Below are positions 1 through 9,289 of a DNA stretch of 64,000 nt, in pieces. Within the stretch, counting starts at the first letter, position 1; each line of letters opens with the position of its first letter. The translations under genes were made by a program, and so were the position numbers. The notes beneath the pieces were generated by a model. The model was given only the letters and a program-made list of their open reading frames with translations. It did no database searches and was not told the origin of the DNA. Source of the DNA: Solimonas sp. (GTDB lineage Bacteria > Pseudomonadota > Gammaproteobacteria > Nevskiales > Nevskiaceae); NCBI GenBank assembly GCA_036275615.1, contig DASUDL010000047.1, positions 2,610-66,609 of the forward strand. The letters are read 5' to 3'.

Positions 1-1
1 C

Positions 2-556
2 TTGTCGATCAACCTGCCGTTCGGGTCCGGTTTCCTGGCGCCGGGTACCGGCGTGTTCCTCAACGACGAGATGGACGATTTCTCGACGGCCGTCGGTGTC
101 GCCAACGCCTATGGCCTGGTCGGCTCGCGGCCGAATGCGATCGCACCGCTCAAGCGCCCCCTGTCCTCGATGAGCCCCACCTTCGTCGAAGGGCCCCGCG
201 GCCTGCTGGTGCTGGGCACGCCGGGCGGCTCGCGCATCGTCACCATGGTGGCGCTGGGCATTCTGCGCTGGATCGGCGGCGGCGACGCGCAGGCCGTGGT
301 GGCCGCGCCCCGCATCCACCACCAGTACCTGCCCGACCTGCTGCAATTCGAGCCCGGCGCCTTGAGCGAGGAGCAGCAGCAGGGGCTGCAAGCATTGGGC
401 CATGTGCTGGCCCCGCAGGACCGGCCCTGGGGCAACCTGCAGGCGATCACCTGGGACGGTGCTGCGAAGCTGGAGGCAGCCAGTGACCCTCGCGGCGTGG
501 GCGCCGCCCGGGTCGTGGCGGTGCCGCAGCCATCCACGGTTCGCAAGGCGAACTAG
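2..556 (+). CDS. ggt: gamma-glutamyltransferase, C-terminal part (5' truncated by window)
   Basis: SIN..FGSG, LNDEMDDF, RPLSSMSPT, GTPGGSRI, PRIHHQ, ASDPRG motifs of the GGT small subunit. Confidence 0.95.
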   Translation: MSINLPFGSGFLAPGTGVFLNDEMDDFSTAVGVANAYGLVGSRPNAIAPLKRPLSSMSPTFVEGPRGLLVLGTPGGSRIVTMVALGILRWIGGGDAQAVVAAPRIHHQYLPDLLQFEPGALSEEQQQGLQALGHVLAPQDRPWGNLQAITWDGAAKLEAASDPRGVGAARVVAVPQPSTVRKAN

Positions 557-558
557 CC

Positions 559-1209
559 ATGCTCTGGGACTGGCTGCGTCTCGGCGGACCGGCGATGTGG
601 GTGCTGTTCGGCCTGTGGCTGGCCGCACTGACCCTGGTGACCGTGAAGTGCTGGGAGTTCTGGGAGCTGCGACTGCTGCGTCGCGACTTCGTTCCCCGGG
701 CGCTTGCGCTCTGGCGCGCGGGCCAGGCGGAGCAGGCCCAGGCTCTGCTGGCCGCCGAACCGGGCCCGCTGGCCCAGGTGCTGGCGCAGGCCCTCCGCGT
801 GCTCGGCGAGCCGGGCGTGGGTGAGGCGCAGGCGCGAGAGCGGATCGCCGCGGCGGCGCAGGCGCGCCTGGAATCCTTGCGCAGCTTCTTCCGGCCGCTC
901 GAGGTCATCAGCCAGATCGCCCCGCTCCTGGGCCTCCTGGGCACCGTGCTCGGCATGATCGACGCGTTCCAGGCCCTGCAGGCGGCGGGCAGCGCCGCCG
1001 ATCCGGCCCTCTTGTCGGCGGGCATCTGGGAGGCCTTGCTGACGACCGCCGCCGGGCTCGTGATCGCCATCCCGGTCATTGCCGTGCTCAATGCCTTCGA
1101 GCGCCTCGTGGATGGGCAGCAGCTCGCGATGGAGCAGGCGCTGACCGAGCTGCTGACCCAGCCCCTGCCGGCGGTCGACCGGGCGCCGCGCCGGCTCCAT
1201 GCAACTTGA
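559..1209 (+). CDS. exbB: MotA/TolQ/ExbB proton channel protein
   Basis: APLLGLLGTVLGMI and GIWEALLTTAAGLVIAIP transmembrane motifs. Confidence 0.92.
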   Translation: MLWDWLRLGGPAMWVLFGLWLAALTLVTVKCWEFWELRLLRRDFVPRALALWRAGQAEQAQALLAAEPGPLAQVLAQALRVLGEPGVGEAQARERIAAAAQARLESLRSFFRPLEVISQIAPLLGLLGTVLGMIDAFQALQAAGSAADPALLSAGIWEALLTTAAGLVIAIPVIAVLNAFERLVDGQQLAMEQALTELLTQPLPAVDRAPRRLHAT

Positions 1210-1561
1210 GCGCCCCGCCCGGCGGCGTCGGCCGGTGGCGATGACCTCGCTGGTCGACGTGGTGTTCATCCTGCTGTTCTTCTTCATGCTTGCGGTGCGC
1301 CCCGCTGCGCCCGGCCAGGTCCCGCTGCAGCTGGCGGCCCCCGGTGCGGGCGGACCGCCGGGGGGCACGGTGCTGGAGGTGCTGGGCCAGGGGCGCGTGC
1401 GGCTGGCTTCGCGGGAGTTGCCGCTGCAGGCGCTGGAGGCCCCGCTGGTCACGGTGCCACCCCTGTTGCTGCGGCCACTGCACGGCGCCAAGCTCCAGGA
1501 CCTGCTCGATGCGCTCGACCGGGCGCGGGCCCTGGGCCTCGACGCGCGCCTGACGCCCTGA
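1199..1561 (+). CDS. exbD: ExbD/TolR family protein (canonical TM Asp)
   Basis: MTSLVDVVFILLFFFML; overlaps exbB. Confidence 0.85.
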   Translation: MQLERPARRRRPVAMTSLVDVVFILLFFFMLAVRPAAPGQVPLQLAAPGAGGPPGGTVLEVLGQGRVRLASRELPLQALEAPLVTVPPLLLRPLHGAKLQDLLDALDRARALGLDARLTP

Positions 1562-1563
1562 AC

Positions 1564-1980
1564 ATGCGCCTCGCCAGGTTGCCCACTCGTCGCAGCGCCG
1601 TCGACGGGATGCTGCCCGTCATGAACGTGGTGCTGCTGCTGATGGTGTTCCTGCTGCTCACCGGCGAGCTGGGTCGTGCGTCGGGGTCCGGGATACCGGA
1701 GGGCGCCGCGCTCCCGCGAAGCAGCGAGAGCCGCCCGGGGATTGCGACGCCGCTGCGCCTGACGCTGGATCGTCAGGGGCGCTTGCAGGCGGCGGATGGC
1801 CGAGGCCTGCTGCCGTCGCAGCTCCCAGGCTGGTGGTCGGCACAACCCGCAGCGCAGCGCAGTGCGGGCCTGATCGTGGCTGCAGACGCCCAGGCCCCAG
1901 CGCCGCAGGTCGTGGCGCTGCTGTCGGCCTTGAGGGCCGCCGGGGTTCCTGGGGTGCGGCTGGAGGCTCAGCGGCGATGA
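1564..1980 (+). CDS. exbD: second ExbD/TolR family protein (TM Asn instead of Asp)
   Basis: LPVMNVVLLLMVFLLL helix; ADAQAP..VV.LL..LRAAG C-terminal motif. Confidence 0.8.
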   Translation: MRLARLPTRRSAVDGMLPVMNVVLLLMVFLLLTGELGRASGSGIPEGAALPRSSESRPGIATPLRLTLDRQGRLQAADGRGLLPSQLPGWWSAQPAAQRSAGLIVAADAQAPAPQVVALLSALRAAGVPGVRLEAQRR

Positions 1981-2531
1981 ATCCGTCGACGGTCTTGCGC
2001 CGCCGCCTGGGGTGCGTGCTGCTAGTCCTGCTCCTGCTGCACCTGCCGCTGCTGTTATGGACCGATTCGTCCTGGGAGGCCTCGGCCATGTCCGGTCCGG
2101 GAAGCGGCGCCGGTGACGGCGCGGTCACCCTGCTCGATATCCGGCTGGATCCGCCGCCCGCCGCAATCCCAGCAGGCCCGGCCCCACCCGAGACCGCCCC
2201 GCGGCCCCTGGCGAAGCCCCCCGCTGCGCCAGGGGCCGTCGCGACGGCCGGCGGCGGTGGTCGGGGCGGGTATCTGGCCCAGGTCCGCGCCCGCCTGGAG
2301 CGCGCACGTCGGACGATCGACCATGCCGTGACGGGCGAGGTGGTGCTGCTGTTCGAGGTGAGGCCGGACGGGCAGGTTGCCGAGGCCTCGTTGGAACGCG
2401 GCAGTGGCGACCCCCGGCTCGATACCGAGGCACTGGCCCTGCTGCAGCGCGCCGGCCCCCTGCCGCCACCACCGGGCGGGCGGACCGTGCAGCTGAGTGT
2501 CCCCCTGGTCTTCGGGCGCGGCGGGGACTAG
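1977..2531 (+). CDS. tonB: short TonB-family energy transducer
   Basis: ATGA overlap with exbD; N-terminal TM with His, Pro-rich linker, TonB_C (GEVVLLFEV..DG.V..SGDPRLD.EAL). Confidence 0.8.
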   Translation: MNPSTVLRRRLGCVLLVLLLLHLPLLLWTDSSWEASAMSGPGSGAGDGAVTLLDIRLDPPPAAIPAGPAPPETAPRPLAKPPAAPGAVATAGGGGRGGYLAQVRARLERARRTIDHAVTGEVVLLFEVRPDGQVAEASLERGSGDPRLDTEALALLQRAGPLPPPPGGRTVQLSVPLVFGRGGD

Positions 2532-3535
2532 GCCGCGTGCCGCAGCGCGCGCGCCGGCCCGGGGCGCCGCGGCGCTGCGTCGCGGCTGCCGGTGCGCAGT
2601 CCGAGGATGCGCCGCAGCTGCTGGGCATTGATCGCTGCCGGCTTGCGTCGCAGTTCGCCCAGGCGGCGGCTGCGGCTGAGCCTGGCGATCCGCGCCATGT
2701 GCCCGCGCACGGCCTCCACGTAGGGATCGCGGCCGCCAAAGTGCACCGCCAGATAGCGGTGCACGCCGCCGAAGTACCCGTCCAGGCGCTCGCTCCAGAG
2801 CTTCTGGTTGTAGTCCGCCGTTCGCTCCAGCAGCTCGCGTGACGAGCGGTAAACGGCCTCCGGGCGATTGCCGGCCAGGCCGCAGAGCTCGAACTCCCGA
2901 TAGAGGAAGTCGCGGCATTTCTCGAGGTAACAACGGTCCGAGGTCTGAGCCAGGATGTCGGCACTGCCGAGCAGGAAGCCCAGCAGGCGGTCCTTCGGAT
3001 GCTCGACCTGGATCTTGTCGAGCGCGATCTCGTAGCCGGTGTAATGGACGATGCGGCGCGCGAGGCTGGCCTCGCTACCGAAGCCGATCCGCGGCAGGTA
3101 GCTCACCAGGAAGTCGCCACTGCGGCGGACATGGGTCAGCGTGAACTCGGCGCCGTTGCGGGCGTCGTCGCTGTCGTGGCGGATGTAGCCGGCGTCATGA
3201 AACAGGGCGATCAGCACACCGAGCATGGCCCGGCGCTCGCCGAGGCGCTGGGCGGCTGGCACGCTACGCTCGTGGCCGTCGATCAGGCGGGCCATTGCCA
3301 GCGTGCAATCGAGGCTGTGCTGGGCGTCGTGATACCAGGTATCGCAGCCGTGGTAGCCGGGCAGGGTGCCCGCGTACAGCCGTGAGAAGGTGCGGATGCC
3401 GTCGCGCAGGGGCGCAAGGTCGATGCCCGGGTAGCTGGCGCGCAGCAGTTTCCCGACGGCCGTGCCCACGGCTTGAGGATCCGCCACGCAGACCGTGTCG
3501 GTCACATCGTAGTGATTGCGCCGTCGGGCAGACAT
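2528..3535 (-). CDS. HD-superfamily metal-dependent phosphohydrolase
   Basis: start reassigned to MSARRRNH (AGGAG upstream); YHDAQH, LFHDAGY, THV, ADILAQ motifs. Confidence 0.8.
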   Translation of the reverse strand: MSARRRNHYDVTDTVCVADPQAVGTAVGKLLRASYPGIDLAPLRDGIRTFSRLYAGTLPGYHGCDTWYHDAQHSLDCTLAMARLIDGHERSVPAAQRLGERRAMLGVLIALFHDAGYIRHDSDDARNGAEFTLTHVRRSGDFLVSYLPRIGFGSEASLARRIVHYTGYEIALDKIQVEHPKDRLLGFLLGSADILAQTSDRCYLEKCRDFLYREFELCGLAGNRPEAVYRSSRELLERTADYNQKLWSERLDGYFGGVHRYLAVHFGGRDPYVEAVRGHMARIARLSRSRRLGELRRKPAAINAQQLRRILGLRTGSRDAAPRRPGPARALRHAA

Positions 3536-3627
3536 CGCCTCGCTCCTTCCCCGTGGATCGGTCGCCTTGTGGAAGACCCATGTTAGACCCGCGACGGCCA
3601 TGCTGGCCAGCCACGGGCGGCCCGCCG

Positions 3628-4395
3628 TCAACGATCCAGCAGGGCCACCAGCGGGGCGTGATCCGAGGGTCGTTCCAGGCGACGGGGAGCCAGGTCGGCC
3701 GTGCAGGCTCGGCTGCTGGCCGCCAGGTCGGCGGACAGCAGGACATGGTCGATGCGCAGGCCCAGGTTGCGGCGGAACGCGGCCTGCCGGTAATCCCACC
3801 ACGTGAAGCTCGCGGGCGGCTGCTCGAACAGGCGGAAGCTGTCTTTCAGGCCCAGATTCAGCAACTTGCGAAAGGCCTCCCGCTCGGGCTCGGAGCACAG
3901 GATCTGGCCCTCCCAGACGGCGGGATCGTGAGTGTCTTCCGGGGCCGGGGCGATGTTGAAATCGCCGGTGACGGCCAGCAGGGGATGGCGCTGCAGTTCC
4001 GCGGCCAGGTAGTCGTGCAGGGCAGCCAGCCAGCGCAGCTTGTAGGCATATTTTTCGCTGCCTACGGCCTGGCCATTCACCACATAGACATTGACCACCC
4101 GCACGCCGCCGATGGTGGCGGCAATCACCCGGCGCTGTTCGTCTTCGAACCCCGGGATGTTGCGCTCGACGTCCTCCAGCGGGGCGCGCGCCAGCAGCGC
4201 CACGCCGTTGTAGGTCTTCTGGCCGTTGTGAACCGCCTGGTAGCCGGCGGCGGCGAGCTCGGCGAACGGAAACTGCTCGTCCTGGCACTTGGTTTCCTGG
4301 ATGCCGAGCACATCCGGAGCGGCGGCCTGCAGCCAGTCGAGCAGGTGCGGCAGGCGCACCCGCAGGGAGTTCACGTTCCAGGTCGCGATTTTCAT
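3628..4395 (-). CDS. xth: exodeoxyribonuclease III
   Basis: [32 protein letters not shown]. Confidence 0.97.
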   Translation of the reverse strand: MKIATWNVNSLRVRLPHLLDWLQAAAPDVLGIQETKCQDEQFPFAELAAAGYQAVHNGQKTYNGVALLARAPLEDVERNIPGFEDEQRRVIAATIGGVRVVNVYVVNGQAVGSEKYAYKLRWLAALHDYLAAELQRHPLLAVTGDFNIAPAPEDTHDPAVWEGQILCSEPEREAFRKLLNLGLKDSFRLFEQPPASFTWWDYRQAAFRRNLGLRIDHVLLSADLAASSRACTADLAPRRLERPSDHAPLVALLDR

Positions 4396-4434
4396 CGCGC
4401 GATCTTAAGCGGCCGGGGGCCGCCGTGGGGCTGT

Positions 4435-6528
4435 CTAGGCCGGGCGAGCCCCCGCAGCGGCGCCGCGCGCCGCAGGCGGCGGGGCATCGTCGAGCAGGCC
4501 GCTGTGACGCAGCAGCGCATCGATCCGGGGCTTGCGGCCACGGAACTCGATGAAGATCTCCATCGCCTCGCGCGAGCCGCCCTGGGCCAGCACCGTGTCG
4601 CGGAAGCGGCGGCCGGTTTCCGGCGCGAAGCCGCTCTCCTCGAAGGCCGCGTAGGCATCGGCAGAGAGCACCTCGGCCCACTTGTAGCTGTAGTAGCCGG
4701 CGGCATAACCCCCGGCGAAGATGTGGCTGAAGGCTGCGGGCATGCGGTTGAAGGCCGGCGGCATCAGCACTGCCACCTCGTCGCGCACCGCCTGCAAGGT
4801 CTCCAGCACCCGGCCGCCGCGCGCCGGCGCGTAGTCGCGGTGCAGGCGCAGATCGAACAGGCCGAATTCGATCTGGCGCAGGGTGGCGAGACCCGTGTGG
4901 AAACTGCGCGAGCCGCGCAGCTTGGCCACCTGGGCCGCGGGCAGCGGCTCGCCGGTCTGCCAGTGCCGGGCGAAACCAGCCAGCGTGGCCGGGTCGTAGC
5001 ACCAGTTCTCCATGAACTGACTGGGCAGCTCCACCGCGTCCCAGGCCACGCCGCGGATGCCGGCCACCGCCGCCTCGTCCACGCGCGTCAGCAGGTGGTG
5101 CAGGCCATGGCCGAATTCATGGAACAGGGTCAGCACTTCCTCGTGCGTCAGCAGGGGCGGCTGGCCGGCGAGCGGGGGCGCGAAGTTGCAGGTGAGGTAG
5201 GCGACCGGCTGCTGCAGGCCCTGAGGCGTGCGGCGGCGGTTGACGCACTCGTCCATCCAGGCGCCGCTGCGCTTCTCGGCGCGGGCATGCGGATCCAGGT
5301 AGAACAGGCCGAAGCGCTGGCCCTCGCCGTCGAGCAGGGCCCAGGTCGTCACCTCGGCATGCCAGACCGGGATGCCCTCGGCAGCAACGATGCGGATGCC
5401 GTACAGACGCTCGACGAGATCGAACATGCCGCGCAGCACCTGCGGCAGCGGGAAGTAGGGCCGCAGCTCCTCCTCCGACAGGCCAAGCTTCTCCTCCTTG
5501 AGCTTCTCGGCGTAGTAGGGCACATCCCAGGGCTGCAGGTCGGCCAGACCGTCGCGGCTGCGGGCATAGGCACGCAGCTCCGACAGCTCGGCCTCGGCGC
5601 GAGGCCGCGCGCGCCGGGCGAGGTCGAGGAGGAACTGCTCGACCTGGTCGGGCGACTCGGCCATCTTGGTGGCGAGCGAGAGGCCGGCAAAGCTGGTGAA
5701 GCCCAGCAGGCCGGCCTGCTCGTGGCGCAGCGCCAGGATCTCGTCCATCAGCGGCGTGTTGTCGAACTTGCCGGCCAGCGGCCCCTGGTCGGAGGCGCGC
5801 GTGGCATAGGCCTCATACAGCTCGCGGCGCAGCTCGCGGCGGTCCGCGTAGGTGATGACCGCGTCGTAGCTGGGGAAATCCAGGGTCAGCAGCCAGCCCT
5901 CGAGGCCCTTGGCCTGCGCCTTGGCGCGGGCCGTGGCCTTCGCGGCCTCGGTCATGCCGGCGAGCAGGCCTTCGTCCGTCACCACCTTGGTCCAGGCCTG
6001 GATGGCATCCATGAGGTTCTCCTCGAACTTGGTCTGCAGTTCGGAGAGGCGCAGGGAGATGTCCTTGTAGCGGGCCTTCTGGGCCGGCGGCAGGCCGATG
6101 CCCGACAGCCGGAAGTCCCGCAGCGCGTCCTCGACGGTCTTGCGACGTGCCGGCCCATAGGTCGCGTATTCCGGGGCCTGCGCCAGGGCCTCGTAGGCGC
6201 GGAACAGGGGCTCTGACTGCGACAGCTCGATGCCGTACTCGGTGATCTTGGGCAGGCAGGCGTTGTAGGCGGCGCGCCACTCCGTCGAGCTGGTCACGCT
6301 GAACAGGTGCGAGACCGGACCCCAGACCCGCTGCAGGCGGTCGCTCATCTCCTCCTGGGGTTCGATCAGGCCATCCCAGCTGGTGGGGGCGGCGGCCAGC
6401 AGTCGGGCCAGCTCGGCGCGGTTCTGGGCGAGGGCTGCGTCGAGTGCCGGTTCGGCATGCTCCGGCCGGATCTCGTCGAAGGCGGGCAGGGGCTGCTCGA
6501 TGGCCGAACGCAGCAGGGGGTTGCTCAT
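4435..6528 (-). CDS. prlC: oligopeptidase A (M3 peptidase)
   Basis: start MSNPLL; FHEFGHGLH zinc motif, WDAVELPSQFMENW, GYAAGYYSYKWAEVL. Confidence 0.95.
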   Translation of the reverse strand: MSNPLLRSAIEQPLPAFDEIRPEHAEPALDAALAQNRAELARLLAAAPTSWDGLIEPQEEMSDRLQRVWGPVSHLFSVTSSTEWRAAYNACLPKITEYGIELSQSEPLFRAYEALAQAPEYATYGPARRKTVEDALRDFRLSGIGLPPAQKARYKDISLRLSELQTKFEENLMDAIQAWTKVVTDEGLLAGMTEAAKATARAKAQAKGLEGWLLTLDFPSYDAVITYADRRELRRELYEAYATRASDQGPLAGKFDNTPLMDEILALRHEQAGLLGFTSFAGLSLATKMAESPDQVEQFLLDLARRARPRAEAELSELRAYARSRDGLADLQPWDVPYYAEKLKEEKLGLSEEELRPYFPLPQVLRGMFDLVERLYGIRIVAAEGIPVWHAEVTTWALLDGEGQRFGLFYLDPHARAEKRSGAWMDECVNRRRTPQGLQQPVAYLTCNFAPPLAGQPPLLTHEEVLTLFHEFGHGLHHLLTRVDEAAVAGIRGVAWDAVELPSQFMENWCYDPATLAGFARHWQTGEPLPAAQVAKLRGSRSFHTGLATLRQIEFGLFDLRLHRDYAPARGGRVLETLQAVRDEVAVLMPPAFNRMPAAFSHIFAGGYAAGYYSYKWAEVLSADAYAAFEESGFAPETGRRFRDTVLAQGGSREAMEIFIEFRGRKPRIDALLRHSGLLDDAPPPAARGAAAGARPA

Positions 6529-6562
6529 GGGGGGACCCGGAGACAGGAAGACTGGGTCTTGT

Positions 6563-6592
6563 AGTGTGGGGGCGTCGCCCCGGCCTTTCGAG
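6563..6592 (-). promoter_or_regulatory. putative sigma32 (RpoH) promoter for prlC
   Basis: minus strand CTCGAAA-N13-CCCCCACACT resembles CTTGAAA-N13/15-CCCCATNT; prlC is a heat-shock gene in E. coli. Confidence 0.6.
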
Positions 6593-6659
6593 GGCGTGAT
6601 CGCCGGGTGGTTGGCAAGCCGCTGATTCGCAGGGGCTTTTGCCGCGCCGACGGGCCGGC

Positions 6660-7601
6660 TCAGGGCAGGCCGCGGGCCAGGAGGGCAAAGACCGTGGCAG
6701 CGCCGGTGCAGAAGGAGAACATCAGGGAAAACAGCGACTTGAGCTTCATTCCCCGCGCCAGCTCCGCCTGCGAACGGGTCGAGACCAGGAAGGGTCGGCC
6801 GTCGGTCGGACGCGACAGGACATGTACCTCCGGGTGGAGGCTGCGCTGCACGTGGCGGGCGCGGACCTCCTGCAGGGCCTTGCGGCGGACCTGCTCCCAC
6901 TCGGCAACGTCGAGGACCCCATCGCGATTGCGGTCGTAGCCGCGCAGCAGCAGGGCGTGGTCGGCCTTCCAGCGTGTCAGCAGTTCGTCCAGGTCCTCGG
7001 CCTCGTCGTAATGAGGGGCGTTGGTCTGGCTGCGGAACTGGCCCGTGGCGTAGAGCGGGTCTCCAACCTGCACCAGCCACTCCGAGTACCGGTAGTCACC
7101 CCACTGCAGCCAGCCCGGATGCTCCGGCACGAAGCCGGGCTTGGCGCTGCTGCCCTGCCAGCGGCGCTTGCGGCTGGGATGGATCTTCGCCCCCTCCGGA
7201 TCGACCACGCATTCGCCGGTGTCGTCGCAGAGCAGGAACAGGCTGTCGGAACGCAGGTGCTCGATCGTCGACCACTCGCTGGTGCGCTTGCCGTTGCGGT
7301 ACACCGTCTCGCGGCGCTCGATCGTGTATTCCCACCAGGCACAGCGCGCGCCCGTCAGCGGCGAGCGAATGTCCGGGCCGGGCAGGAGGCGGGCGAAGCC
7401 CTCGAGCTCCACGTAGCCCTGGGCCGCGGAGCGGATGCGTGAGGTCGGGGTGTCCTCGATCAGGCGGCCATGCCGCAGGGCCAGGAAGCTGTAGACGAAG
7501 CTCCCCAGGGTGGCGCCCCCGCCGATGAGGACCCAGAGCCAGTAGGTGCCGGCATCCGCTCCGGCGATCCCTGCCGCCAGCGCGGCCAGCCCCTGGTCCA
7601 C
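6660..7601 (-). CDS. GIDE-like (MUL1/MAPL-type) membrane protein with EF-hand-like loop
   Basis: TM - IEDTPTSRIRSAAQGYVELEG..SPLTG..C.W..F.L.D.TG...VDP.GA - DRNRDGVLDVAE - TM; follows lemA. Confidence 0.7.
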   Translation of the reverse strand: MDQGLAALAAGIAGADAGTYWLWVLIGGGATLGSFVYSFLALRHGRLIEDTPTSRIRSAAQGYVELEGFARLLPGPDIRSPLTGARCAWWEYTIERRETVYRNGKRTSEWSTIEHLRSDSLFLLCDDTGECVVDPEGAKIHPSRKRRWQGSSAKPGFVPEHPGWLQWGDYRYSEWLVQVGDPLYATGQFRSQTNAPHYDEAEDLDELLTRWKADHALLLRGYDRNRDGVLDVAEWEQVRRKALQEVRARHVQRSLHPEVHVLSRPTDGRPFLVSTRSQAELARGMKLKSLFSLMFSFCTGAATVFALLARGLP

Positions 7602-7616
7602 GGCGAAGGCGAAGGA

Positions 7617-8189
7617 CTAGTTGCGGAACAGCTCGCGCATGTTCGGGTCGGCAAGTTCCTCAGCGCCGAACTCCAGCAGCTCCTGCATCTCGAAATGGAA
7701 CAGCCGGGCGACGATCACGTCCGGGAACTGTTCGAGGCGAACATTGTTGACGTTCACCGTCTCGTTGTAGAACTCGCGACGGTCCGAGATGGCGTTCTCC
7801 AGACCGGTGATGCGGCCCAGCAGCTGCTGGATCGTCTGGTTGGCCTTCAGCTCCGGATAGGCCTCCACCGTCGCGACGATGGAGCCCAGCCCGGACCGCA
7901 GCAGGCCTTCGGCCTGGCCCACGCCCTTCACGTCGCCCTTCTCGCGGGCGATGTTGGCGCCCGACCGGGCGGCCATGACCCGCTCCAGCGCCGTTTTCTC
8001 GAACTCCATGTACTGCTTGCAGGTCTCGACCAGCTTGGGCAGTTCGTCATGACGCTGCTTGAGCAGGATGTCGATGTTGGACCAAGCCTTGGCGCAGGCG
8101 TGCTTGAGGTTGACCAGGCCGTTGTAGACCGTGATTCCGTAGACCGACAGCGCGAGGCCGATCGCGACGAGGATGAAGCCGGTGATCAT
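7617..8189 (-). CDS. lemA: LemA family protein
   Basis: TM, YNGLV, AWSNIDILLKQRHD, EAYPELKAN, ENAISDRREFYN, FP. Confidence 0.93.
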   Translation of the reverse strand: MITGFILVAIGLALSVYGITVYNGLVNLKHACAKAWSNIDILLKQRHDELPKLVETCKQYMEFEKTALERVMAARSGANIAREKGDVKGVGQAEGLLRSGLGSIVATVEAYPELKANQTIQQLLGRITGLENAISDRREFYNETVNVNNVRLEQFPDVIVARLFHFEMQELLEFGAEELADPNMRELFRN

Positions 8190-8284
8190 GCGCAAGGCCC
8201 CCCAGGGCGTGATGGCGCGAGGATGCTGGAAAACACCGGCGCAGGCTACCATGACGGCCGGCTTTTCCCAGCGCCCGTCGACCG

Positions 8285-9289
8285 ATGCCCCGTCTCCTGA
8301 TCGCCCTGTTCGCCAGCCTCCTGCTCGGCGCCTGCTCGGGGCAGTACCTGCTCAATCGCCTGACGCCCGACGAGGGTGAGAAGTACTTGGTGGACTATGA
8401 CCAGATCTATGACGCGGCCACCGCGCAGCGGCTCGACGTCTACCACCCGCGCGGTGCGGCCAAGGCGCCGGTGGTGGTGTTCTTCTATGGGGGCCGGTGG
8501 AGCGGCGGCGACAAGGCCGAGTTCAAGTTCGTGGGCCAGGCCCTGGCCTCGCGCGGCTTCGTCGCCCTGCTGGCCAACTACCGCCTGTATCCCGAGGTGC
8601 GTTTCCCGGCCTTCGTGGAGGACGGGGCCCGCGCGGTCAAGTGGGCGCGAGCCAATGCCAAGCGCTACGGGGGCGATCCGGCGCAACTGTTCGTGATGGG
8701 GCATTCCTCCGGGGCGCACATCGCCGCGATGCTGGCGCTCAACGGCGAATACCTGAAGGCCGTCGGCGGTTCCCGCGCCTGGCTCAAGGGCATGATCGGC
8801 CTGGCCGGTCCCTACGATTTCATGCCGATCACCGCGCCCGACCTGCGCGACATCTTCGGCCCGGTCGACCGCTTCCCGCAGTCGCAGCCGATCTTCTTCG
8901 TCGACGGCAAGAACCCGCCGCTGCTGCTGATGCACGGCGAGGACGACGATGCGGTCTGGGTCAAGAACACCCGCAACCTGGCGGCGTCGGTGAAGCGCGC
9001 CGGCGGCCCTGTGGACACCATCATCTATCCCAGCCTCTCGCACACCATGATCCTGGGCTCAATGGCCTCGCTGCTGCGCGGCCGCGCCGATGTCCTCGAT
9101 CAGGTCGAGAGCTTCATCCTGCGCGTGGCCAAGGCCAGGCCGCGTGCGGAGTCGGAGATCAAGGGTCGGGCCGTCGCCCCGGAGGACCGCATCGAGGGCA
9201 CGATCCTGCCCGAGCCAGCGCCGATCGAGGCGGTGCCCCTGCCGGAGCCGGGCGCCGATGCGCCGCCGCCCGCAACGGTGGCGCCGTGA
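8285..9289 (+). CDS. alpha/beta hydrolase (esterase), lipoprotein
   Basis: lipobox LGAC; FFYGGRW, GHSSG nucleophile, HGEDD; Pro-rich tail. Confidence 0.88.
   Translation: MPRLLIALFASLLLGACSGQYLLNRLTPDEGEKYLVDYDQIYDAATAQRLDVYHPRGAAKAPVVVFFYGGRWSGGDKAEFKFVGQALASRGFVALLANYRLYPEVRFPAFVEDGARAVKWARANAKRYGGDPAQLFVMGHSSGAHIAAMLALNGEYLKAVGGSRAWLKGMIGLAGPYDFMPITAPDLRDIFGPVDRFPQSQPIFFVDGKNPPLLLMHGEDDDAVWVKNTRNLAASVKRAGGPVDTIIYPSLSHTMILGSMASLLRGRADVLDQVESFILRVAKARPRAESEIKGRAVAPEDRIEGTILPEPAPIEAVPLPEPGADAPPPATVAP

Noticed and set aside
3536-5002. Apparent long N-terminal extension of the HD protein (824-aa ORF), and similar extensions on prlC, coq7, rsmI, purC, rpe and bamD
   Set aside because: The extensions overlap other real genes in another frame and are low-complexity Arg/Pro/Ala; starts were reassigned downstream
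3295-6216. 973-aa + strand ORF and other long shadow ORFs (40088-42940, 29717-32407, 58606-60888, 18325-20343)
   Set aside because: They lie antisense to well-identified genes; stop-poor shadow frames are expected at this GC content, and they show no recognisable motifs
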